Below, in pieces: positions 1 through 8,664 of a DNA stretch of 32,000 nt. The stretch comes from Microcystis aeruginosa NIES-2549 (GTDB lineage Bacteria > Cyanobacteriota > Cyanobacteriia > Cyanobacteriales > Microcystaceae), in assembly GCF_000981785.2 (NCBI RefSeq), contig NZ_CP011304.1:2910001-2942000 (forward strand), in the 5' to 3' direction. The notes under the pieces were generated by a model, which had not been told where the DNA came from, did no database searches, and saw only the letters and a list, made by a program, of their open reading frames with translations. A program made the position numbers and the translations under genes. Position 1 is the first letter of the stretch; every line of letters starts with the position of its first letter.

Positions 1-332
1 GAATATTTCAGCCAAAAACCGGAGAATTAGAAATTTATCGATTGAATCAAGGAAGATATGAACAACAAAAAACTAATGAAAACAATCGTTATTGGATAGC
101 AGAGATTAACTTATTTTTGGGAGTCTGGCAGGGAAAAAAAGCGGAAGTAACAGCCTATTGGTTACGTTGGTGGGATAAGTCGGGCAATCTGTTATTGTGG
201 GGGAGTGAGTTAGTGGAGCAAGAGCGTCAACGAGCCGAACAAGCTGAGTTAGAACTTGAGCAAGAACGAATTTCTCGCCAACGTTTGGTGCAAAAGTTAA
301 AAGAGTTGGGAGTCAATCCTGAAAATCTATAG
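1..332 (+). CDS. Uma2 family endonuclease (DUF820), 5'-truncated by the window edge
   Basis: The reading frame is open from base 3 (IFQPKTGELEIYRLNQGRYEQQ...), so the listed start at 42 is internal. The protein and DNA are near-identical to the C-terminal third of the next gene (803-1113). Confidence 0.7.
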   Translation, partial: IFQPKTGELEIYRLNQGRYEQQKTNENNRYWIAEINLFLGVWQGKKAEVTAYWLRWWDKSGNLLLWGSELVEQERQRAEQAELELEQERISRQRLVQKLKELGVNPENL

Positions 333-354
333 CCCATTTTAGATATTTGAATTA

Positions 355-1113
355 GTGAAATTACTTATGACAGCCATGCAACTACTTCAGTCAAACCCCT
401 TACCAACTATTACCTGGGAAAAACTGCCAGAAGATTTCATTCTACCTGACGAACCTGTGGACAACAACTTGCAACCCCTATTAGCAGCAGCTTTACGAGA
501 ATCGTTAGAATTAGCAGGACTAATTCTAGAATCGATGCTAATTGCCTCTAATTTTGGCTTGTGTGCTACCGTTAAAACTCAAACTGTTGTCAAAGCACCT
601 GATTGGGTTTATATTCCCTCAGTAAAACCCATTGCTAGTGGAGAAATTCGGCGCAGTTACACTCCCCACCTCGAAGGAGAAATTCCTACCATCGTCCTAG
701 AGTTTATCTCGGAAACCGAAGGGGGTGAGTATTCCATCAATCCTCACTATCCCTATGGAAAATGGTATTTTTACGAGCAAATCTTACAAGTACCTGTCTA
801 TGGAATATTTCAGCCAAAAACGGGAGAATTAGAAATTTATCGATTAAATCAAGGAAGGTATGAACAACAAAAACCTGATGAAAACAATCGTTATTGGATA
901 GCAGAGATTAACTTATTTTTGGGAGTCTGGCAAGGAACCAAAGCTGAATTTACTACTAATTGGTTGCGCTGGTGGGATAAGTCGGGCAATCTGTTATTAT
1001 GGGGGAGTGAACGAGTCGCACAAACTGAATATCAACTCGAACAGGAGCGAATGTTACGGCAAAAATTAGCTGAAAAATTAAGAGAATTAGGCGTTGAACC
1101 AGAAACCTTGTAG
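355..1113 (+). CDS. Uma2 family endonuclease (putative restriction-endonuclease-like, DUF820)
   Basis: 252 aa ORF with the typical cyanobacterial Uma2 layout: LPDDF.LPDEPVDN..QP.LAAAL near the N-terminus, then the WVYIPSV and VLEFISE core. The start could be GTG 355 or ATG 367. Confidence 0.8.
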   Translation: MKLLMTAMQLLQSNPLPTITWEKLPEDFILPDEPVDNNLQPLLAAALRESLELAGLILESMLIASNFGLCATVKTQTVVKAPDWVYIPSVKPIASGEIRRSYTPHLEGEIPTIVLEFISETEGGEYSINPHYPYGKWYFYEQILQVPVYGIFQPKTGELEIYRLNQGRYEQQKPDENNRYWIAEINLFLGVWQGTKAEFTTNWLRWWDKSGNLLLWGSERVAQTEYQLEQERMLRQKLAEKLRELGVEPETL

Positions 1114-1174
1114 GAGACTTGTCAAATGCTGATAAAATCATGGAAGGAATCTTGGTAATGATTCGGGGCTGAAG

Positions 1175-2215
1175 ATGCAACCTAACCTAACAAATGACTT
1201 AAATCACATTCTTGCCCATACTAAAACCCTGTGGGAGGAATTGCGGGGACAACGGATATTTATTACCGGAGGTACAGGCTTTTTTGGCTGTTGGCTTCTG
1301 GAAAGTTTTATCTGGGCCAATGATCAGCTAGACTTAAAAGCATCGGCAGTGGTTTTAACCAGAAATCCTGATAGTTTCAGGCAAAAAGCTCCTCATTTAG
1401 CCAATCATCCCGCTATTCAATTCCATAGCGGTGATGTTAGGTCATTTCAGTTTCCTGAAGGGGAGTTTTCTTATATTATTCATGGTGCCACTGAAGCGAG
1501 TGCCAAGCTCAATCAAGAAGATCCCTTACTAATGTTTGATACGATTATTGAGGGAACACGACATACTTTAGAATTTGCTAAATTTTGTCAGGCTAAAAAG
1601 TTCTTATTAACCAGTTCCGGTGCCGTTTATGGCAAGCAGCCATCAGAAATCACCCATGTTTCTGAAGACTATTTAGGCTCTCCTGATTTAACTAATCCGG
1701 GTTATGCTTATGCAGAAGGAAAACGAGCCGCGGAAATGCTCTGTACTCTTTATGCTAAACAACAGGGATTAGAAACGAAAATTGCTCGTTGCTTTGCCTT
1801 TGTCGGTCCCTATTTGCCCCTGGATACCCATTTTGCTATTGGTAATTTCATTCGAGATGGTATGACGGGGGGGCCGATTCTCATCCAGGGGGATGGTACT
1901 CCTTATCGTTCTTACCTCTATGCGGCGGATTTGGCGATTTGGCTGTGGACAATTTTGTTTAAGGGAAAATCATGCTACCCTTACAATGTCGGTTCAGATG
2001 AGGATTTAACTATCGCTGAATTAGCAAAAGTTGTTGCCACTACATTTGCATCAAAAGTCGAGGTAATTATAGCTAAAGAACCTATCCCCGGTAAACCTGC
2101 TGAACGTTACGTTCCTTCAGTAAAACGAGCCTTTTCTGAGTTACAACTTAAACCCTTGATTCCCTTAAGGGAATCAATTATCCGAACGGCTAGTTATAAT
2201 TCATCGAAATTTTAG
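1175..2215 (+). CDS. NAD-dependent epimerase/dehydratase (extended SDR, nucleotide-sugar modifying)
   Basis: N-terminal Rossmann motif ITGGTGFFGCW, a catalytic YAEGK (YxxxK) motif, and 346 aa length typical of NDP-sugar dehydratases/epimerases. Confidence 0.85.
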   Translation: MQPNLTNDLNHILAHTKTLWEELRGQRIFITGGTGFFGCWLLESFIWANDQLDLKASAVVLTRNPDSFRQKAPHLANHPAIQFHSGDVRSFQFPEGEFSYIIHGATEASAKLNQEDPLLMFDTIIEGTRHTLEFAKFCQAKKFLLTSSGAVYGKQPSEITHVSEDYLGSPDLTNPGYAYAEGKRAAEMLCTLYAKQQGLETKIARCFAFVGPYLPLDTHFAIGNFIRDGMTGGPILIQGDGTPYRSYLYAADLAIWLWTILFKGKSCYPYNVGSDEDLTIAELAKVVATTFASKVEVIIAKEPIPGKPAERYVPSVKRAFSELQLKPLIPLRESIIRTASYNSSKF

Positions 2216-2225
2216 GATTTACACC

Positions 2226-3431
2226 ATGAATCAGAAAAAATCCCTGCGGAATTGTCCAATTTGTCAAGAAGAAAATGGGGAGATTCTTCACACACAAAAT
2301 TTTGTTTTACCTGAAGGTCATCCCCTCTCAAATGGATATGATATACTATGTTGTGATCGCTGTGGTTTCGTCTATGCTGATACAACAGTAAGTCAGAAAG
2401 ATTATGATGTTTTTTACGCCAAATTATCCAAATACGAGGACAAAAAAACCGCTACGGGAGGAGGGGAATCTCCCTATGATGCCGCACGACTTCAAAAAAC
2501 GGCTGAATGTATTGCTGAATTTTTACCCGATAAGAGCGTTCGCATTTTAGATATTGGCTGTGCCAATGGTGGTTTATTAGGCTATCTTAAAAAACTAGGA
2601 TATAACAATTTATGTGGTTTAGATCCATCTCCTGCTTGTGTTGAGAATACAAAACAGCTTTACGGAATAGAAGCTTATGCTGGTTCTATTTTTACGCCGC
2701 CTCAAGATTTAGGAGATTTTGATCTTGTCATTCTTTCTCATGTGTTAGAGCATATACAGGATCTGAAATTTTCTGTAAAATTAATAGAACAATTAATAAA
2801 AGTAGGGGGATATCTATATGTAGAAGTTCCCAATGCCTCGGGATATGTTGATCATGTTTTTGCCCCTTTTCAAGATTTTAATACTGAACATATTAATCAT
2901 TTTTATCATCCCCATTTGTCAAATTTATTAATTCAATTTGGATTGACCAATAAGTTAATCGGAGAAAAAGTTTTTGATGTCTCTCCGGGGATGTCTTATC
3001 CAGCCATTTATAGCTTTTGGCAGAAGCAAGAGTCTAATTCATCGGAATTGGTAATTGCTCAGGACAAAATGCTCAAACAAAGAATCCTGCTTTATATTGA
3101 AAGCTCAAAAAAAATAATGACTGATATAGATATTAAATTACAGTCAGTGTTAGAGGATGCTGCCGATGTGATTGTTTGGGGAACGGGACAATTAGCCATG
3201 AAACTACTGGCCGAAACTTCACTGGCAAAAGCCAATATAGTTGCTTTTGTTGATGGAAATCCCATTAATCAAGGTAGTGTTATTTCAGGGATTACGGTGC
3301 TATCACCTCATGAAATTCAATTGAGAGAGATGAGACAGCCGATTATTGTAACCTCAATTTTATCTCAAGAAGCTATTTACAATGCTATCCAAAAAATGCA
3401 GCTGCCTAACCCAGTTATTTTATTGAGATGA
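2226..3431 (+). CDS. Class I SAM-dependent methyltransferase with N-terminal Cys4 zinc ribbon and C-terminal Rossmann-like module
   Basis: CPICQ...CCDRCGF zinc-ribbon pattern and SAM motif I ILDIGCANGG. The C-terminal VIVWGTGQLAMKLL...VAFVDGNP...GITVLSPHE resembles the N-terminal module of the two FkbM proteins. The architecture recalls NDP-hexose C-methyltransferases (inference). Confidence 0.75.
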   Translation: MNQKKSLRNCPICQEENGEILHTQNFVLPEGHPLSNGYDILCCDRCGFVYADTTVSQKDYDVFYAKLSKYEDKKTATGGGESPYDAARLQKTAECIAEFLPDKSVRILDIGCANGGLLGYLKKLGYNNLCGLDPSPACVENTKQLYGIEAYAGSIFTPPQDLGDFDLVILSHVLEHIQDLKFSVKLIEQLIKVGGYLYVEVPNASGYVDHVFAPFQDFNTEHINHFYHPHLSNLLIQFGLTNKLIGEKVFDVSPGMSYPAIYSFWQKQESNSSELVIAQDKMLKQRILLYIESSKKIMTDIDIKLQSVLEDAADVIVWGTGQLAMKLLAETSLAKANIVAFVDGNPINQGSVISGITVLSPHEIQLREMRQPIIVTSILSQEAIYNAIQKMQLPNPVILLR

Positions 3432-3472
3432 GCAAAGGCGAACTTAGCAATTAGTTCACCTTTTTCTCAAAA

Positions 3473-4570
3473 TTAAAGACCCCGTTGATAGATAATCTTT
3501 CTGAGACTATCATTAGTTGAATAAGGGCTATCAATGGAGTCAATCATAATGGGTTCATCCTTGTTGCAAGCTCTAGTTAATATTTCTCCTGACATTAACT
3601 CCCGGCAAGAAATCTGTCCTTTCTGGAGGGGAACCGCTAAATATAAATCTTCATTGATGCGGTCATGGTTGAGAATGTAACCTTCTGGCAAATCTCTTTT
3701 AGCATAAACCCCTCGAACCAGCGCATCAAGATACTTAATTTCTCTTTCAGGGGGCATTCTTTTTTGAGTACCAGGCGCGCCACACATTTCTTTAGCTTTT
3801 TGAAAAGCTTTAAACCAAATATCGACCTGTTCGGGTAAGGAACAATAAGGAGAGACAGGGACTCCATCCATCTCAATATCGATATGTCTTTCAAAAGTTC
3901 TCGCCCCCTTAGCGTAGGCTATCAGCATTGAGGATGTCCAATCAGTATATTCATGGGTTGAAAAACCAATGACATGATTGGGGTAGCGATTTTTTAAATA
4001 ATCAATTTGATTCATCTCTAGCTCAGAATCTTCGGAAGGGTAGAGAGAAACACAATGGTTAATAGCCAAAGGAACATTACGATTTTCAAAGAAGATGACT
4101 AAATCATCTATATCCTTGAGGGAAGAACCTCCCGTTGACACAATTACCGGTTTGCGAGTTTCGGCGATTTTCTCAATTAAAAACCAGTCGTTGAGATCTG
4201 AACTAGCGATTTTAATAATGGGGATGCCCAGTTCAACACAAAGATTAACAGACTTTTCATCAAAAGGAGTCGCCATCGGAATACATCCACCTTGACGTAC
4301 TGCTTTCACTAGAGTTGCGTAATCATCTTCTGTCATTTTTGTATCGAGAGTTTTTTTGATATAGCGAATATCAGTCCTGTCCCGAAAATCTCGATGAATG
4401 AAATTGTCCACATCTCTGAATTGAAGCTTGATCGATGCTCTGACATTATTAAACCTAACAATTCTAGAGAAGTCAGTGATGATTTTTAATCCTCTCTCTA
4501 AACTACCCCAATGATTATTAGCAAGTTCTAAAACAAAGAGTTCGTCAAAAATATCGCGGTTAATAGACAT
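3473..4570 (-). CDS. NeuB-family nonulosonic/sialic-acid-type synthase (PEP-dependent aldolase with C-terminal SAF domain)
   Basis: 365 aa. NeuB-like blocks are visible: ELANNHWGS, ATPFDEKS, IKIASSD, VIVSTGGSSL.DID, NHCVSLYP, GFSTHE, FERH, then a SAF-like C-terminal domain. Substrate specificity is not inferable. Confidence 0.85.
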   Translation of the reverse strand: MSINRDIFDELFVLELANNHWGSLERGLKIITDFSRIVRFNNVRASIKLQFRDVDNFIHRDFRDRTDIRYIKKTLDTKMTEDDYATLVKAVRQGGCIPMATPFDEKSVNLCVELGIPIIKIASSDLNDWFLIEKIAETRKPVIVSTGGSSLKDIDDLVIFFENRNVPLAINHCVSLYPSEDSELEMNQIDYLKNRYPNHVIGFSTHEYTDWTSSMLIAYAKGARTFERHIDIEMDGVPVSPYCSLPEQVDIWFKAFQKAKEMCGAPGTQKRMPPEREIKYLDALVRGVYAKRDLPEGYILNHDRINEDLYLAVPLQKGQISCRELMSGEILTRACNKDEPIMIDSIDSPYSTNDSLRKIIYQRGL

Positions 4571-4619
4571 TGGATAATCCTCCTTAAAATTAGACTCTAT
4601 TATTCCCTTGCATGAAAAG

Positions 4620-5273
4620 CTAATGCTTTATTAGACCTATCAATTCGGGAAAACTATAAATTTTACATAACTGCTCGGAAGTTTCAGATTCGTGTACTTT
4701 TCCATAGCCATAGGTGGCGGCAATGAAACTAAGTCCACAGGATTTGGCTGCCTGAGCATCATCACGAGAATCTCCAACCAAGATAGCAGATTGTTGATCG
4801 ATTTGATACTTTGTCAAGATATGTTGACAAATTGCCGATTTAGAGGAATAGGGATGAGTTCCCGTATCTGGAGATATAACATCGGCAAAAAAATGTAGCA
4901 TCTGGAGATGATCTAAAATCTTAAAGGTTGGGTGGCTAGGCTTGTTAGTAACAATAAACATTGTAATATTAAAGTCGGACAATTGGCAAAGAGTTTCTAC
5001 AACTCCTTCATAGATATCAGTTTTTTCCCAACCTTCACTATCGTAGCTTTTGCGAAACTCCCGCGTTAAATCATCAATCAGATCTGGATCAGCATTGCCG
5101 ATCATCTGTTTGAACATTTCGGCCACAGGGGGGCCAATTAAGCTTGTAGAAATCTGATCTAGAGCAAAGTCTGGAAGTACAGATGACAACGCCTTTGTTA
5201 GAGAATATTTAATTCCCCTTGACGAATTAATGAGTGTACCATCTAGATCAAAAAATATGTTTTGGATTTTCAT
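4620..5273 (-). CDS. HAD-IA family hydrolase (phosphatase, phosphoglycolate-phosphatase-like)
   Basis: HAD motif I IFFDLDGTLINS lies immediately after ATG at 5273. Motif II VTNK and motif IV-like VGDSRDD are present. Starting at 5273 removes the overlap with the upstream gene that the 5375 ORF start would create. Confidence 0.8.
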   Translation of the reverse strand: MKIQNIFFDLDGTLINSSRGIKYSLTKALSSVLPDFALDQISTSLIGPPVAEMFKQMIGNADPDLIDDLTREFRKSYDSEGWEKTDIYEGVVETLCQLSDFNITMFIVTNKPSHPTFKILDHLQMLHFFADVISPDTGTHPYSSKSAICQHILTKYQIDQQSAILVGDSRDDAQAAKSCGLSFIAATYGYGKVHESETSEQLCKIYSFPELIGLIKH

Positions 5274-5280
5274 ATCAGTT

Positions 5281-6024
5281 TTAAGGTTTATAGGCAATAA
5301 TCCCAACTCCCTCCCGACCATCATCTTGAGCATCAGGTAAGTAATCGATACGGGAAATGAACCCTCTTCTCTCAACTATAAGACCCATCTGGGTACAGAC
5401 ACGCGCTAATATATCTGGATCTAGAGTATGAAAAAAGTTGGGCAAATTGGGAGCCAGTTCTGTGGGCATAAATTGGGGGAAGTTATCAATTTGTCCCGGC
5501 CAAAGATCGCCCCGATGCTTTCTTTCTTCATAGATAGGTAAAAATGATTTTAAAAATCTATTATAGGGAGTATCGGCAATCAAATAAACTCGACCCCCAG
5601 AACAAAGCCAACGGGACATATTACGGACTGATTCCTCAATTTCCGTCCCGGTTAAAAAGTGTAGGACTCTTGAGCAAAGGATGGCTCCCAAACTTTCCTC
5701 CTCCAGATTAATCTGATCGGGTAAAGAGCCTTGTAACAATCTAAGACGATTTTTTTGGTGAGAAGGTGTTTTTTGAAGACAAATTTCTAGATGCCGCCGA
5801 TCTGGATCACAGGCAATCACTTCCGCGCCTGTTGCTAAAGCCGCTAAACTTGCGATCCCGTAAGCTGCCCCGATATCAAGACAAGCTTTGGGAGCCAAGG
5901 GAGCAAACTTGACAAAAGCTTCGGTATAAGGATCTATCCAAGCAGTCATAAACCCCATCAAGTTTAGGGTGGGGATGAGCATTTCAGAAACGGGATCAGG
6001 CATCTCTACAGAGTTAGACGACAT
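5281..6024 (-). CDS. Class I SAM-dependent methyltransferase
   Basis: Glycine-rich SAM motif CLDIGAAYGIASLAALATGAEVIACD, then ILCSRVLHF and GGRVYL blocks typical of the Methyltransf_11/25 fold. Confidence 0.7.
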   Translation of the reverse strand: MSSNSVEMPDPVSEMLIPTLNLMGFMTAWIDPYTEAFVKFAPLAPKACLDIGAAYGIASLAALATGAEVIACDPDRRHLEICLQKTPSHQKNRLRLLQGSLPDQINLEEESLGAILCSRVLHFLTGTEIEESVRNMSRWLCSGGRVYLIADTPYNRFLKSFLPIYEERKHRGDLWPGQIDNFPQFMPTELAPNLPNFFHTLDPDILARVCTQMGLIVERRGFISRIDYLPDAQDDGREGVGIIAYKP

Positions 6025-6055
6025 TGAATTGAGTTTCTCCTCAAATTAACGGCAA

Positions 6056-7237
6056 TTAGGCTTCGCTGGTAAAGCGAGAATTGGGAATAGCATAAAAAAC
6101 TGACTCTAGACCATTCTCACCATGAGGTATAAGAAAATAAGAGTAATCACTGCATATACTATTTACCAATAAGGGAAGTCTCCATAAATGATCCTGTAGA
6201 TGATAAGTTGAAATAGCCAAGATAGGAGTATATTTCTCGATTATGTTACTTGCTCCCAGAATAGTATCTATTTCTGCACCTTCAATATCCATCTTGATAA
6301 ATGTTGGTGCTTCATCAGCAATAGTTTCATCAAGGGGAACTACATCTACTTCTAAGTTTCCTTGACTGGAAATTGCCGATCCTTCTGAACCAGCCGCTAA
6401 AAATCTCAGTTTTTCTCGTTCTTTACCTGTAGCATTTTGGTAAATTATCACCTTGGCTTGAAGCTGATGATCTAAATTAGAAAGATATGCTTTTAAGTTT
6501 GTTACATTAATTGGATCGGGTTCAAAACAAATTATTTTCTCAATTGAATCTCCCTGAAGATCAATAAATGTCTTCAGGGTATCACCATCAAAAGTGCCAC
6601 AATCTACAAAAACTTCCTTTTTTAAAAGAGGCCTTAAGAAAGTCGGGAAATATTGTATTTCCTGAGACGAAAATAAACCATCAGACTCTAGTAAAATTCG
6701 CCACTTAATCTGCTTCAAATATTCCCGCTTAGATTCTGTATCTTGCCAAAGATCAAAAGCTGCGATAACATCCCCCGTTTGTTCATAAATTTTGTGAGGT
6801 AAATCAAGATAAAAATGAGGCAAAAATTCTTGTGGATGGCACCAAAAAAAGACGGCACACAGGGCAACATTTTGACACCCTAATTGATGTAATTGCTCCT
6901 GAATCAAAGTCAGGCTATTCTCTCGATTAAATACGGTAATAAGGAATAAAGCATTTTGACCATAATTAAGAGCAGCAATTTCAGGGGAAAGAACCTCAAC
7001 TCCCTCAAGTTTTGTATTCCAGATAGCCGCATTATTATCAGCAAAAGCCACTGGTTCTATGCCAATCTTCCGTAAACCTTTAAGACACTTTCTTCCTAAG
7101 TTGCCAGAGCCAAATAAAACAACTTGTCCTTGAGATTTTTCTAACAACCCGCCAAAAACAGAGGTTTCATAATTGATGACGGCATCAATCGGCTTTGCTA
7201 GAAGGTTTTTAAGATCAACTAATAAGTCGGAAGTCAT
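6056..7237 (-). CDS. FkbM family methyltransferase with N-terminal Rossmann-like domain
   Basis: FkbM signature blocks VFVDCGTFDGDT, ICFEPDP and FIKMDIEGAE. N-terminal VVLFGSGNLGRK...VAFADNN...GVEVLSPE module. Confidence 0.8.
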   Translation of the reverse strand: MTSDLLVDLKNLLAKPIDAVINYETSVFGGLLEKSQGQVVLFGSGNLGRKCLKGLRKIGIEPVAFADNNAAIWNTKLEGVEVLSPEIAALNYGQNALFLITVFNRENSLTLIQEQLHQLGCQNVALCAVFFWCHPQEFLPHFYLDLPHKIYEQTGDVIAAFDLWQDTESKREYLKQIKWRILLESDGLFSSQEIQYFPTFLRPLLKKEVFVDCGTFDGDTLKTFIDLQGDSIEKIICFEPDPINVTNLKAYLSNLDHQLQAKVIIYQNATGKEREKLRFLAAGSEGSAISSQGNLEVDVVPLDETIADEAPTFIKMDIEGAEIDTILGASNIIEKYTPILAISTYHLQDHLWRLPLLVNSICSDYSYFLIPHGENGLESVFYAIPNSRFTSEA

Positions 7238-7263
7238 AGGCTGTTAAGTATCTAATGTATTGG

Positions 7264-8448
7264 TTAAGGTTGGGTAAAGCGAGAATTAGGAATAGCATAA
7301 AAAATGACATCTTGACCATCGTGCAGATGGGGTTCAAGAAAGAAAGAATAATCTTGGCACATACTCTTGATTAATAAGGGAATTCGCCATAAATGATCCT
7401 GTTGGTGATAAACTGAAATTGCCAAAATTGGGGAATGATTCTTGATAATCTCTCTTGCTCCCATAATTGCATCTATTTCCGCCCCCTCAATATCCATTTT
7501 AATAAAGGTTGGTGCTTCATTAGCTAAAACTTCATCAAGAGAAATTGCTTCTATTTCTAAAGTTCCTTGGCTGGAAATTGCAGATGCACCCGAACCTGTT
7601 GCTGAAAATCTTAGCTTTTCTCGTTGCTTGCCTACTGCATTTTGATAAATAATTATTCTATCTCGAATTGTGCTATCTAAATTAGATAGAGAATGCTGGA
7701 GCTTTTCAACATTCTGAGGATCGGGTTCAAAACAAATTACTTTTCCTATAGCACCCGCATTGATAGCCGCTAAAGATTGAACGGTATCCCCATCAAAAGC
7801 ACCACAATCAATAAACACTTCTTGGTTGATTACAGGTAACAAAAAACGAGGGAAATAAGTGATCTCTTTGTAAGCTGACAAGCCGTCAAAATCTAATAAT
7901 ATTCTACATTTTAATTGATTAAGATATTGTTCTTTTGAGTAGTCATCTTGTAGAATCATAAAAGCGGCGATGACATCCTCGGCTTGCTCATAAATTTTGT
8001 GAGGCAAATCGATGAAATAGTAAGGTAAAAAAAACTGATTATATCGCCAGAAAAGAGCGATAAAAGAAGCGACATTGAGAAAACCTATTTTTTGTAATTG
8101 ATTTCTAATTGTGATAAAACTGCGGTTTCTTCCTATGCTCCAAATGGCCACTATAAATAAGACATTATCGCCATATTTTTTCATCACAGTTTCAGGAGAA
8201 AGAACCTCAACCCCTTCAATCTTTGTCCCCCACAAAGCCATATTATTATCAGCAAAAGCCACTGGTTCTATGCCAACACTCCGCAAACCAGCAAGACACT
8301 TTCTGCCTAAGTTGCCAGCCCCAAACAATACAATCTGTCCTTGAGATTTTTCGAGCAATTGCTCGAAAAGAGAACTTTCATAATCTTTTATAGAAGCAAT
8401 TGGTTTTTTGAGTAAATTTTCTAATTCGAGTAATAAAGAAGAAGACAT
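7264..8448 (-). CDS. FkbM family methyltransferase, tandem paralog of 6056-7237
   Basis: Same length (394 vs 393 aa) and collinear with the neighbor: VFIDCGAFDGDT, ICFEPDP, FIKMDIEGAE. Roughly two-thirds identical by eye. Confidence 0.8.
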   Translation of the reverse strand: MSSSLLLELENLLKKPIASIKDYESSLFEQLLEKSQGQIVLFGAGNLGRKCLAGLRSVGIEPVAFADNNMALWGTKIEGVEVLSPETVMKKYGDNVLFIVAIWSIGRNRSFITIRNQLQKIGFLNVASFIALFWRYNQFFLPYYFIDLPHKIYEQAEDVIAAFMILQDDYSKEQYLNQLKCRILLDFDGLSAYKEITYFPRFLLPVINQEVFIDCGAFDGDTVQSLAAINAGAIGKVICFEPDPQNVEKLQHSLSNLDSTIRDRIIIYQNAVGKQREKLRFSATGSGASAISSQGTLEIEAISLDEVLANEAPTFIKMDIEGAEIDAIMGAREIIKNHSPILAISVYHQQDHLWRIPLLIKSMCQDYSFFLEPHLHDGQDVIFYAIPNSRFTQP

Positions 8449-8574
8449 AAGTTACCACATCAGGGAAATAAAGCTAGTCTCGCCCAATTACTCAGTGTAA
8501 CAGGGTAAAAAGATTCTAGTGTTTGTTCGTCGGGCAGTTTAAACGGGATTGTTGCTCAGGGTACACCAGATTAC

Positions 8575-8601
8575 TATCCTTGTCAAGGATAATCTATAAA
8601 A
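8575..8601 (+). promoter_or_regulatory. Palindrome TATCCTTgtcAAGGATA followed by a TATAAA -10-like box in the divergent intergenic region
   Basis: A perfect 7+7 inverted repeat at 8575-8591 is followed by TATAAA at 8595-8600, about 65 nt upstream of the ATG at 8665. It lies between divergent operons. No experimental support. Confidence 0.25.
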
Positions 8602-8664
8602 TTGCTAAATAGACTCAATAGAGTCATAATAATCATAATCAACTGGATTTATGGCATCAAAACA

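Noticed and set aside
3473-4570. Calling the NeuB-family gene neuB (N-acetylneuraminate synthase) specifically
   Set aside because: Family membership is clear, but substrate specificity (Neu5Ac, Leg, Pse, KDN or phosphorylated substrates) cannot be read from the sequence by eye. NeuA and NeuC partners are also absent.
5274-5375. 34-codon N-terminal extension of the HAD hydrolase ORF
   Set aside because: It overlaps the 3' end of the upstream methyltransferase gene. The HAD motif I begins right after ATG 5273, which is the expected position.
8602-8664. 21-codon N-terminal extension of the ThDP enzyme (MLNRLNRVIIIIINW...)
   Set aside because: It starts at a non-ATG codon (TTG) in an AT-rich leader and has an implausible peptide. 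ThDP enzymes of this family start close to the VADYI motif, so ATG 8665 is preferred.
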